Of a stretch of 64,000 nucleotides of DNA, positions 11,985-30,255 are shown one piece after another. This stretch comes from Eledone cirrhosa (Eukaryota): contig OZ024760.1 in the NCBI GenBank assembly GCA_964016885.1, positions 4,712,001 to 4,776,000 of the forward strand, written 5' to 3'. The notes under the pieces are model-generated. The model made no database searches. It saw only the letters and a program-made list of their open reading frames with translations, and had not been told where the DNA came from. Both the position numbers and the translations under genes were made by a program. Positions within the stretch are counted from its first letter, which is position 1. The number at the start of each line of letters is the position of its first letter.

Positions 11985-14900
11985 ATGGCTTTCGACTTGA
12001 TGATTAAAGGTATATTTTCTCTGTTTCTGACAACATTATGGACACACCCACCCATATATATATACATACATACATAAAAAAAAATATATATATACACACA
12101 CACTTGTAAATATGCACACTCATATATATGTGTACACGTAAATATACAGGCACATACTTAAATAAACTAATGTAAACACACACACATAAGGGGCTTGTAT
12201 GTTGTGTTGTTTCTTAACATACATGAAATAGCAGCCAAATCTTCGTCAAATCACACAGTGTCGTCTATAAAAAAAGAAGGATAATGTAATTCTAGATATA
12301 CTAAGACATGAACGATAATACAGGACGGTCTTGAGTGAAATGTTTTAGATAATACGTCAGCTCTACTAAGACAACCACTTGTTAGAAGGAAGACTACGCA
12401 TTCATTCGACTTGTTAGAAACAGCAGCCAAACTTCCATTAAATCACGCTTTATCGACTTAAATGAACAACTTGTTTAGATATTGTAATCCTAGATACACT
12501 ATGAGTAAAATATACACCCAAACTCATTTTAACACATTGATGACACTGCGTATATACATGTCTATGTTTATAATAATAATGAAATTATTGTGTACAGTGC
12601 TCAGGTGCACTACAACTCGTCAAAGGTGCATATATAGTGCATAGAATAATATACAAATGTCAGGAAAGTGAACAGTGTATGAGTCATGATATACATGTGT
12701 GCGTGTGTATGGAGGGGGGATATCAGGTGTAGTAAATAATAATAATAATAATAATGAAATTATTGTGTACAGTGCTCAGGTGCACTACAACTCATCAAAG
12801 GTGCATGTATAGTACATAGAATAATGTACAAATGTCAGGAAAATGAACAGTGTATGAGTCATGATATAATAACAATAATGAAATATTGTGTACAGTGCCC
12901 AGGTGCACCACAACTCATCAAAAAAGTGCATGTACAGTACATAGGGCAATGCACAAACATCAGTAAAATGAACAGTGCACGAGTCATGATACACACGTGT
13001 GCATGTGTATGGAAGGGGTACATCAGGTGTAGTTTTGGCGTATTTCGGGAAGCATGAGTGTCTTAAAGGATGCAGTGTCTCGGCAGCTAACAATTGACGC
13101 AGGCAGTTTGTTCCATGCTTCAGCAACTCTGAGCGTGAAAAAATGTCTACGAAAGTCATGGGAGCTGTGCTGTTTTCTGATCTTGTAGGCATGTCCACGT
13201 GTGTTAGACACATGGAGATCAAAGAGGCGCTCAGGTTTGCAATTGGCGAGATGGTTAAAAACTTTGTGGGTATTCACCAAGTCCATTGCCAAACGTCGGA
13301 GCTTCAATGAATCCATGCCCAGGGAAGCAAGGCGTTCAGAGTATGGTAGGTGTCTGATGGAGGGTATGCGCTTGGTTGCACGTCTCTGAAATTATTGAGT
13401 ACAGTTCTCAGGTGCACTACAACTCATCAAAGGTGCATGTATAGTACATAGAATAATGTACAGATGTCAGGAAAATGAACAGTGTACGAGTCATGAAATA
13501 CATGTGTGCGTGTGTATGGAAGGGAGACATGAAGTGTAGTGTTGGCAAATCTCAGGAAGCATGGAGGTTTTAAAGGATGCAGTGTCTTGACAGCTAACAA
13601 CTGATGCAGGTAGTTTGTTCCATGCTTCAGCAACTCTGAGCGTGAAAAAATGTTTCCGAAAGTCATGGGAACTGTCCCGTAACTTAGCAGTTTGACAAAA
13701 GAGATCGATAAAATAAGTACCAGACTTTTAAAAAATAAATATTGAATACTGCTCTGGTAGTCGGTGACTTCATTTATGTCCCACAGCTCAGAAATCTGAC
13801 ATGTTAAGGTCTGTAATGATGTTTTCTAAGGCACAAAGGGCTTTACGTGGCTGGTGTTTAACTTTTGAATCTTAGCATGAATTGGATAACAAATCAGTCT
13901 CGCTCACCACTGGATAGGAGCATAGTCTAGTGCTGGTAACATTTACCAGATTGTACAGGATGTATGCCCTTACAGCTAGTAATGTAAAATAATAATAATA
14001 AAAAATTTTAAATGTTATTGTCCCATTTCTTCTTTCAAGACTTGAGTGAAATTCAAAGCCGACTCTATGACCACCGTCCAGTTCTACAAGGAGATGTTTT
14101 GTACTTCTTCAAAGAATTTGAGGTTGGTTACCTTTTCTGTTTTTCCTTTTGTTATTATTTGCCTTTCATCCTTACGGGTTCGATAAAATAAAGTACCAGT
14201 AACATACTGGGGTCGATTTAATCGACTTTCTCCTCCCCCAAATTACTGTCCTTATGCCTATACTAGAAATCATTATTATTATTAAGAAGAGGGTGATGGA
14301 TTGGTAGTATTGGTAGAGCGTCAGACGCCATGCTTTGCAGTATAGAATTACGCCTCTTTATGATCTGAGTTCAAATCCCACTGAGGTTAGCTTTGCCTTT
14401 CATCCTTATGAGGTCAATAAAATAAAGTACCAGTAATGCACTGGTATAATTGCTGGCCTTATGAGAAAAATAGAAACAATTATTATTAGAAGGGCGGTGG
14501 ATTGGCAGTACTGATAGAGCGTCAGACACCATGCTTTGCAGCACAGAATTATGACCCTTTATGTTCTGAGTTCAAATCCCACCGAGGTTAGCTTTCCTTT
14601 TCATCCTTACGAGGTTGATAAAATAAAGTACTGGCTGTATCCAGCCAGAATTCTCTCACCTCTTTCTGTTCAAACCAGCTGTAACTGGCCACTCATACTG
14701 ATGTTAAAGTATTGTCAAAATAAATAATATCAAAATCTCATAGATTCAATATTATGTGAGGTAAAGCCTTTACTATGAAAATACAATAGTAAATATAGAG
14801 GAATGTAAATATTATGTGAGGTAAAGCCTTTACTATGAAAATACAATAGTAAATATAGAGCAATGTAAATGCTAAAAAGGTTAATATCAAAGTCATTGTT

Positions 14901-17900
14901 TATTTTTTTAGTGTGAAAAATATTTTATTTCTTATTTGCCATTGGGCAATGAAGACAACACAACTGGGAGAATAATGAAAAGAGGGTGTGGGTAAAACTG
15001 GCAGGGGATATGGTGTGATTTTCGTCCATAATAAAGATTTCATATAGTAGCATAAATTTTCAATGATCTGTTTACTAGTAAATTAAGAAACCATTTTTAG
15101 ATATTTGCTACTAAATCATTACAGGATTTTAAGAGTTAAATGATGATAATGATGAAATATAATTTTTTTTTTAAAGGAGAAACGAGGCCATCGTGACTTT
15201 ACTACTCTTCAGAAATGTAATGAAGAAGTGTCGTTAATGCAAGATCTCTACCTACCAGGTTGTCTCCAACAAGCTGAAATATGTCTCACAGATATAGCTA
15301 GCAAAAGTAAGTAGAAGCTACAAGCCTTTTGTTGTTTGTGAGGTCAATAAAATTGGTATGTTAGGAAGGGTACACATGTCTGTGGAATCATTTATACATT
15401 AACCCTTTAGCATTTACATTAGTCTATATTTACTATTATATTTTTGTGATAAAGGCTTCACCTCACATAATATTGAATCTATGAGATTTTGATATTATTT
15501 ATTTTTAGAACAATACCTCATCATCAGTATGAGTGACCAGTAATGGCCGGTTTCAACAGAAAGTGATGAAAGAATTCTGGCTGGTTTAAATGCTAAAGGG
15601 TTAATTCATAAGTTTGATTTGTATTTGGTCAAATAACTGAATGCTCATCATAGAAACTGATGGAGGACCCAGTATTTCCATTGTAGTAAACTGTAAACTG
15701 TTGGTGATATGACAAAAAGCATTGAACATTAATCAGTATATACTGAGGATGAAGAACTCAGAGCTGTACGGGAGCCTCCCAAAAGTAAGCTAGTAAGTAA
15801 CACAGAGGAGACTGAGGTTAGCTGGACATGCTAACCGACATTCAGAGTTGACACTGCACTCAGTGGTCCTGTGGGAGCCCCTATATCGACACACTAGAAG
15901 AGGGAGACCGAGGATGACATATTGATGCCCTAAGGACTGACACTTGTCTCTGGGAGATGCAAGACATGGTTGCGATGATGAGAAACTGAGACCACTGGAG
16001 AGAACTCATGGATCTCGGGAATTTTATCTGCCCTAGATATATATATACTTTTAAATTCTGTGGTTTACCACTGGGTAGAATTGGTCATTCTGCAATGTTA
16101 ACCATGATGTGTAATATGAGAAAAGCACTCAACGTTATGCAACTCATCCATCTTCAATGTTGAATCATGTTGGTGGTGTGAGAACAGAGTGAGTGTATTA
16201 TAAAGTGAAATGACAGGAGGCCAAATATGTTGAATTTCCTAAATAATTTAGGAAATTCAACATATTTGGCCTCCTGTCATTTCACTTTATAATATATATA
16301 TTACACACACACACATTTTTATATTGTTATATATATAATACATTGTTATATTGTAAATATTACTGTAGTATATATAATGCACTGTGGTATATATATACAC
16401 ACACACACGTACGCACACATACACAGGTATCTACCTGTTACATAACTACTATTGATTAGACACTATATCGATTTATCATGATCAATCAACCTTCTGAAAT
16501 GATCGTAAAACAATAAACTTATTAAGGATTAAATTTTACTTTTTGTTTTCCTTGTTCAACACACACACACACACATACATATATATACATTATTGTATTG
16601 TAAATATTATTGTAGCTAATACAGCCACTCAAATATGTGACAGAATTTGTACCAAGAAACATCCAGAGGTAAGATCTTTTTATTTGTTGTTTTTATTTAG
16701 TTAGCCAAAAGGGGCCTGTTTATGGGGTTATTCCCATCATATTTATTTCTTGTACTTAGTATAACACTTTACCATTTACATTACTCTATATTTACTATTA
16801 TATTTTCATGGTAAAGGCTTTATCTCACATAGTATCAAATCTACGAGATTTTGACATTATTTGTTCTGAGAACAATACCTTAACATAAGTATAAGCAGCT
16901 GGTTACTGCTGGTTTGAACTGAAAGAGGTGAGAGAATTCTGGCTGGATATGGCAGGTTTAAGCAACTACTTGGGGGTGGTTCTTTGTATAAACAACAGCC
17001 TGAATGTGGTGTTTAGTATAATTAGAAGCTTGGAGGTACTCAGTATAAACAACAGTCTGAGTGAAGCCTGTTGGTGGTACTTAGTATAAAGAACAGCCCG
17101 AAGGAGTAATTAATATAAAGAACAGCTTGAGGGTGGTAAAAAGCACTGCTTGATGGGGTAATTAGTATAGAGCACTGCCCCAGGGTGATGATTATATAAA
17201 CAAGTGCTCCATGGGGGTATTTAGTATAAACAACTGCCCCAGGGTGGTGCTTAGTATAAACAACTGCCCCAGAGTGGTATTTAGTATAAATAATTGCCTT
17301 GGAGGGAGGGAGGGGGGGGGGTTCTACAGCGGATGCCCTTCCTAATGTGGTTGGCGTTAGGAAGGGCATCCAGCTGTAAAAACCAAGCCAAAATCTGCCC
17401 TGGGTGAGCTAGACATGGTCCTCTGACCTGATTCTCTCCCTAAGGGTCAACCCATGTTAGCGTGGAAAATGGACATTAAACGATGATGATAATTAGGGGT
17501 CAGACAGAAAACCTTTCTGTATTTAGTTAGGACTCTTTACACTCAAATTACATAATGTCGTTGATAAGACTCCTGACAGTCAGTTTTACCTTTCCTTATT
17601 TATACATTTTGTACTTATTTTAAACAATAGCCTGGATGTCAGAGAAGTTCAAACAAGTTAACTCACCCAGTCTCAATCTTTTAGGGAAGTGGTCAGAGGG
17701 TGAGCAAGGGTTGAATCTTAGGAGATTTTTCATTTCGTTAGGTTGGTGGATTGGCAGTATCGGTAGTGTTTGACAACATGCTTTATGGCATAGAGGTCTG
17801 AGTTCAAATTCTGCCGAGGTTAGCTTTGCCTTTCATCCTTACAGGGTCGATAAAATAAAGTACCAGTCACACACTGGGGTCAATATGATCGACTTTCCCC

Positions 17901-18495
17901 CTTCCTTTCAAATTACTGTCCTTGTGTCAAAAGTAGAAACCATTATATAAATGTTGGACAAAATGATTTGCAGCATTTAATTACGGCCCTTTATGGTGAG
18001 GTCAACTTTGTCTTTCATACTTCTGGGGTCAATATAATAAATAAAAAAAATTGCTGTCCTTGTGCCAACATTAGAAACTAACTCGGGTTCTATGAAACAT
18101 AACCCTAACCTCTCAGCTTTTGCAAAGGGTTCCTTTCTAATTTCAAATCTTCCAAAATAATTTTATATAAAAACTATACGTTAAGTTACTATCTTAGTAA
18201 GGAAATAATTAATTTGAGTAAATCCCTTCAAATTTTTCATCAATTAATTGAAATATAGTGTATTTCATTAGAAATGTGGTAATGAAAGGGTTAAATCTTT
18301 TCTTTTTCTTTTCTTCTTCCACACTGATTTGTTGGTGTAATTTCTATCTTCTAACAGACCGACTACCTTGAGGAATGTCGCCGACAAAGGTCTAAAGAAT
18401 GGACAGACTTTATGACAGAACAGTGTAGAAAAAGTGCCGAGGTCGACCAAAGGTTTGCCAACGAACTCGCCAAAATTAAATCTGCTCTTAGATAA
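11985..18495 (+). CDS. BLOC1S5: BLOC-1 subunit 5 (Muted), 5 exons, 142 aa
   Basis: Exons 11985-12009, 14040-14122, 15177-15306, 16616-16668, 18358-18495. All introns GT-AG, phases consistent, total 429 nt. Protein MAFDLMIKDLSEIQSRLYDHRPVLQGDVLYFFKEFEEKRGHRDF...WTDFMTEQCRKSAEVDQRF...ALR* matches the Muted signature IKDLxEIxSRLxDHRPVxQGxxxYFxKEFEEKRG. AATAAA at 18710-18715. Confidence 0.92.
12565..13675 (-). mobile_element. Cluster of tandem CR1-like LINE 3' ends in BLOC1S5 intron 1
   Basis: PYSERLASLGMDSLKLRRLAMDLV...TRGHAYKI...HFFTLRVAEAWNKLP. The 3' UTR is repeated about 4 times with (ATT)n tails. Another copy at 52515-52740 (+). Confidence 0.85.
15399..15604. mobile_element. piggyBac-type MITE of about 200 bp
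   Basis: TTAA-CCCTTTAGCATTTA...TAAATGCTAAAGGG-TTAA (14-bp perfect TIR, TTAA target). Copies at 14631-14884, 16770-16960, 23290-23543, 32722-32917, 37420-37621, 38484-38699, 41860-42015, 44735-44928, 45231-45416, 58351-58578. Confidence 0.85.
15700..16020 (+). mobile_element. Old RTE-like LINE C-terminal fragment
   Basis: VLWEP...RRGRPRMTYIDALRTDT...W with stops and frameshifts. Confidence 0.55.
16196..16294. repeat. 99-bp palindrome with 1-nt spacer, in BLOC1S5 intron 3
   Basis: Centre CCTAAAT-A-ATTTAGG at 16245; 49-bp perfect arms. Confidence 0.95.
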
Positions 18496-20392
18496 GTTTG
18501 CTAGAGTAAAAAAAACAGAGAGGAAGATGAAAACGTTGAGAGTTTGAGAGAAAGAAAGAAAAAAATTTCTGCTCTCTGGAGTCTCATCAATGACATTACT
18601 TAAGATAAGGAGGGACCAAGTATTTCAGATGGAATATAATTATTTATTGGATTTATTTGGAGATCTTATGAAAATCATCATAATTTTACAATGGTGGGGA
18701 CTAAAAAGAAATAAATTGTATGACCAACCCATCACATCCTATATCCCCAAATTTATATTATTTTACTGATTCAAGTTTTTTTTAAATTAATGTTTATAAA
18801 ATTTTTTCTTGATCCCAATTCATCTTTGTTATTAGTATTATTCTTTCTTCTTCTTAACATTATTATTGTTATACAAAGGGGTGGTGGATTGGCAGTATCA
18901 GTAGAGGGTCGCTGAGATTAACTTTGCTTTTGGTCGATAAAATAAAGTACCAGTAATGCACTGGGATAATTGCTGGCCGTGTGACAAAAGTAGAAACAAT
19001 TATTTTTATACTATTGAATGTGGTGGTGGGTTGGCAGAGTCGTTCGTATCGAACAAAATGTTTTGAGTTCCAATCCTGCCAAAGTGAATTTTGCCTTTTC
19101 ATATTTCTGGGGTCAATTTAATCACCCTCTTCCTTACCACCGAAAGAAATTGCTGACTTTGGCCTGAATTAGTAACCATATATATTTATGTAGTGGAGGT
19201 GGTGGTGGTATGGCATAACTTTTAGAGCATTGTAATACAGAAATTTGCCTTCCGTTGCACACGGACTTAAACATACTCAGTAGGCACCTATTAATCCAAT
19301 ATACACCCTACACCCCCCTTACTGTAGTTATGTTGGTACCACAAAACACCCAGTCTACACTGTAAAGTGGCCATGTAGGAGACAGCAAAAAGCACTCAGC
19401 ACATACTGTAAAGTGGTCGTGTAGGTGTCATGACAAAAAGCACCCGGTACACACAGTAAATGTGGTTGGCATTAAGAAGGGCATCCAGCCATAAACAGTC
19501 CTGTACAAGCGAGGCACAGTCACCCGATCAATCTAGCCTCATATGGGACAAATCCATCTAACCCATGCTAGTATGGAAGATGATTTGACAAAATGCATTT
19601 TGGCATGTAGTTCCAGCTCTTTGCGTTCTGAGTTCAAATCCCACCAAGGTTAACTTTATCTTTCATTCTTCCAGGGTCAATAAAATAAAGATACCAGTCT
19701 AATACTGGGGTTGGGTTATTTGACTTGCCCTTTCCCCCAAAAAATTGTTGGCCTTGTGGTGGTAGTAGTAGAGCTTCTTTGCCCACTTATTTCTATGAGG
19801 TTTGTGGGGGGCAGTCCTAAGATACACCTTCCAGATGGATCTGAGGTGAAACCAACCAACTTGCTTGTGGTCAACCTCTAGGTCTCTTGCCTATTGGCTT
19901 TGCATGTAAAATTCTAATCAAATGTTTGTAGTACCGGAGCTGTGATCTTTCAATGTGGAGAAGTAACAGCTCCATTTAAGTTATGGCTCATTACATTCTA
20001 AGTCTTTGCCTTTCATCTATCGAAGGGGTCAATAAAATAAAATACCAGTCAAGTAGTGGAGTCCATTTAACTCTTAACATCCTGTAACTGCATTAACAAG
20101 ATATTCTTATTCTTGATAAGCACAAAACAGCACCATCACTGAATCTCATTAAAAATGAGTCTTTACAAAGATCTGTCTGCTGGTAAAGACACTACAAACA
20201 TTTGAATTAACAAACCTCTTTTTAGATATTTTCTGTTGAATTATTACAGGATGTTAAGAGTTAAAACATTAAATAAATAAAACAAAGATATAAATAGCAT
20301 TATTATTATTATTTATTTATTCTCTTTAAGGGCTAAGAAAAAAATGGGGAGGTGGTGAAAAGATACAGATCAAAATTGCCAAAATTTATTGA

Positions 20393-26570
<6,178 letters not shown>

Positions 26571-26729
26571 GGTCTATTTAATCTAGAAAAAATAAATAAA
26601 TTGAAATAAATATATATTCTATGTGAAATATATTCAAAATAGGGGAGCACAGGACAAAGACAAAGGAAAAATAGGAAAAGACAGACAGTCCCATCTCATC
26701 AGTCAACCTGTGGAAGTAATTACAGTTTC

Positions 26730-27030
26730 AGTGCTATGTAGCTCGGAGATCAGAGTCATTCCAGGTAGAGCAGCTACTTCTCCAAATTGAGAGATCACAG
26801 CTCCAATACTATGGGCATGTGGTTAGAATGTCTCAGGAAAGAATTGCTGGACAAATTTTATCGGCAAAATCAACTGGCAGGAGACCCAGGGGTAGATCCC
26901 GAGCAAAATGGTTGGATAACATCCATGAGCTTGGCTGGTCACGCTGGATCAGTTCTGACAGGACCTGCTGGAGAGCGTGTTTGAGAGCTCTGCCCACACG
27001 ACCCTCCCTGGAAGAAGAGGGCGAAGAAGG
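26730..27030 (+). mobile_element. RTE-like LINE 3' fragment, second family
   Basis: [29 protein letters not shown]. Related copies at 34610-34890 (-), 43190-43520 and 24960-25075 (-). Confidence 0.7.
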
Positions 27031-27196
27031 TGCTACATTGTGATTTCCAGAGGTTGACTGTCCATCTTTTCTTTACAAACTATATATATAGATATACAGA
27101 TAAAGAGAGACTAACATGTAATTGAATTAACTACTAACGTAAGCATAACAATTATGCAAATTAGAAATTTTAATACTCTAGTTCTGCCATATCTGT

Positions 27197-27268
27197 TGAT
27201 TGAGAAAGATGTAGACAGCTTCTGACGAAGATGGAAACTCGAGTCAAGCTATCAATCTTTTTCAATCA
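27197..27268 (+). ncRNA. Minimal type-I hammerhead ribozyme motif (Penelope-like)
   Basis: GAcAGCTT-CTGACGA-agatg-GAAA-C-TCGA-GTC^-AAGCTaTC. Stem I extends via TGATTGAGAAAGAT/ATCTTTTTCAATCA. Stem III is the palindrome ACTCGAGT. Predicted cut after 27245. Confidence 0.7.
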
Positions 27269-28610
27269 CCATTATCGTTTTAATGTCCTTCTTTCATGCT
27301 AGCATGGGTAGGAGGAGTTGACACTTAGGGAAAGAATCAGGTCAGAGGACCATGCTTAGCTCACCCGTCGCAGATTTTGGCTTGGTTTCTACAGCTGGAT
27401 GCCCTTCCTAACGCCAACCACATTTACAGTGTGTGCTGGGTGCTTTTTGTTGTCTCCTACATGACAATTTTACAGAGAAATACAAAGTAACACTTAAATA
27501 TACAAAAATGTTATGCACACATTTTCTCGGTTAACAACCTGTACTCTTTGTATAGATTATATTATATTCAGTGAAATTCCGTTACAACGAAATTCACGGT
27601 ATAACAAATTCGTTGTAACGAAAAATTCTTTATAACGAGCTAATACATTGAGCGTGTGGGATGGAAAAAAATTTCGTTTCTCCGTTGGAACCATACCTTT
27701 TATTTTACTTACTACTTCTTACCATGCATGGAGTACAATGATTTGTAGTCTTCCGGGTTATCACACCATAGACATTTCCTATATGTATAGCTATAAGGGA
27801 ATCAATCTGTCATTACCATAACGGAAGTCCGACGAGCTTTTGATTCTAGAGTCGGGCCCGATCGATACAGATCGAACTGTGAGCTGATCAATCGCAAAAT
27901 ACGCGTCAGACTTCAATAAATGTAATGAAGATCTAACAACTCGTCTATATTATTATTACATTCTGCTTAGTACAACACCAATATACCTACTGGAAACTGC
28001 ACATCGATGCTTACTCTGGTGAACCTACAATCACTAAACTATATACATATATATGAGTGTGTGTGTGTTGTTGAAATGGATCGATATATTTCATCCAGTC
28101 TTCATTTCCTAGAAGAGAGAAACAAAAACAAATTCTCTTGATTTTTTATCCTTTGAAGTCCATCCGCAGTAGGAATGTGAACACAGACAAATCCAAAGAC
28201 CCAGTAATCAGCACGTTGAGAATTCTGAAATAATTTCTTTTGATCAAACACACACACAAAACCCAATTCAATTAGGGGAGGGGCAAAGTTTATTGAAGCT
28301 ATCAAGTATATAACTGGCATTTCTCTGAATCAGCTAAGTCCAGCATCATTTGAAATCAGATATTGTAAACAACAATAATAAATATATTTCGGTGTAGAAA
28401 CATGACAAAAAGTACTCAATAGACGTATAGTTTTTTTTAATCGAAGACGACTCTTTTGTTACATGAACAAAATTAAACACACGAGAAACTTGGAGTAAAT
28501 CAACAACTTGGAATGAATATAAATATATATACATGCATTATAATATAAACATATAGATAGCCATGATTCTGGCTATGATAATGAATTAATGAAAGGTGAG
28601 AGATACTAAC

Positions 28611-28700
28611 CGAACAAGATGATCAGTGATTCAGCAACAAATCACCATAACGGAACCGGGAATTTTGGGATAGCTTGGCTTCCGGTAGCTACTACCGGCC
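28611..28700 (-). other. PSMD14: Probable non-coding first exon (5' UTR) of PSMD14
   Basis: Donor TCG|GTTAGT at 28611/28610. The coding exon at 26582 has an acceptor TTTTCTAG upstream of the ATG, so an upstream exon is required. CpG- and CCGGAA-rich promoter-like sequence at 28650-28750. The 5' boundary is approximate. Confidence 0.6.
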
Positions 28701-29554
28701 GCTATCAGTATTACTTCGGCTATTTCCGTGAGCCGGTCTACACAGCGAACTCCTATCTTATTTTTAACTATTATTTCATAACATCTAATTGTTTATAAAA
28801 GTAAAATAAGTTGAAAGTAATTTATATTATATATAGTACTTCGTTTTGTTTTAGAAATGTACGTTTCAATTTCCCGGTGAATCAACTATAAAGTCTTCCG
28901 GAGATATTTAGACCGGGTCTTCAGTATTAACGTATCATATGAAATGAATAAAAGGTTGTCTGATTCAGGTGCAGACCATAACAATATATTTTACCATTTA
29001 TAAATAATGATTTCTAACATTGGCACAATGTTGGTAATGTGTCAGAAAGGGAAAGCCAATTAGATTAACAACGGTACTTAACTAGTGCTTTATTTTATCG
29101 ACCTCGGGAGGACGATGGGTATGCATTTATTCTAGGGTCAACCCTAGTATAGCAGACCAACGTCCAAAGGAATCCCATTCTTAACCGTTCCATTTTTGTT
29201 TTGTTTTGTACGCCAAGGACCATATCCAATGTGACCTGTTCAGTGTAATCTGAGGGAGGCCGGCCTGCTATTACTAGCAGATCGAACCACCACATAGAGG
29301 TTACTTTAGTGGATTCAAAATATATTTCATGCAGGGGTCTCAACAGAATAAAGATACACCCTCCCCCATCTCCGAGCGATTATATCTGTCTTGCGGTTTG
29401 GGGAGAACGTATGATTGCCATTATCATGGCAAACTCTTTATTGCAGTTGCCACAATCCGTCCAGTCCCTACTGGCACACATACATATATATACATATACA
29501 CGTGCACACACATAATTGTGGGTACAAATAAAAGAAAAAGTAATCAACACATAG

Positions 29555-29604
29555 TGCACCTGATGATTTAGACGTGATTTCGTCTTGAAACCGCTGGTAG
29601 TGCG
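29555..29604 (+). ncRNA. Type-I hammerhead ribozyme motif
   Basis: TGCAC-CTGATGA-ttt-AGACG(tgattt)CGTCT-t-GAAA-CC(gct)GGTA^-GTGCG. All core nucleotides and three stems present; the base of stem II is non-canonical. Confidence 0.6.
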
Positions 29605-29649
29605 GAGTTAAGTCAAACTGTTATATATATATATATATAGCCTCCTATG

Positions 29650-29730
29650 TATAGGGTGTCCCCAAAAATGTATACACACTTAAACTGCATTCTGATCAAA
29701 GTATGTATACATTTTTGGGGACATCCTATA
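29650..29730. mobile_element. Small mariner-type MITE
   Basis: TATAGGGTGTCCCCAAAAATGTATACA...TGTATACATTTTTGGGGACATCCTATA inverted arms. Confidence 0.65.
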
Positions 29731-30255
29731 TGTAAAAATTATTTATTGCTTACACGTGCTTATTGTCACTCCATACATATCAAACTATAGATTATAAATA
29801 AAATAAATATTTAATTCCCCTGCCATCTTTTAAACTTCAGTTCTCACTGAAGTTGCAACACCCAATAAAAAGAACATATTTTTGAAAATCCTAGAATAAA
29901 GAGTTTAAAATGCCGGAGGATGAGTCAGATTTTGCAATAATCATTTTAGGTTGCCATGAAAGCATAGGAACAGTCAACAACAATAAAAAGAACATAATAT
30001 ATCAATATAAACCATAACTTTACTCTTAAATATAATTCTTAATTATTTTAAATTAATTAATAGTTTCATAAAACTTTTAAACATTTTATCATTAAATATA
30101 TACATTCAAATCTTATTTTTCGACTTTCGTTTTCATGGTTTCGTTTCGCCATCTTACTCATTATTATTTCCCTTTCTTTCTCACTATTTAATTATTCCTG
30201 CCTGTCAATTCCCAGTTTTATATTGACTCTCTTTCAACATATCTGTTTGCTCATC

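Larger units (their letters stand above)
28620..30255. promoter_or_regulatory. Head-to-head PSMD14/TCP1 promoter region
   Basis: Divergent gene starts about 1.5 kb apart. ETS-like CCGGAA/TTCCGG motifs at 28650-28740, YY1-like CGCCATCTT at 30147-30155, ARE-like GTGATTCAGCA at 28626-28636. Confidence 0.6.

Noticed and set aside
18100-18110. TAACCCTAACC resembling a telomerase RNA template
   Set aside because: No pseudoknot, CR4/5 or H/ACA context visible; it sits among repeat fragments, and a similar string occurs at 45035.
28878-28930. Hammerhead-like CTGAAGA...CCGG..GAAG on the minus strand
   Set aside because: The GAAA box is absent and stem I is poor; likely chance among promoter CCGGAA motifs.
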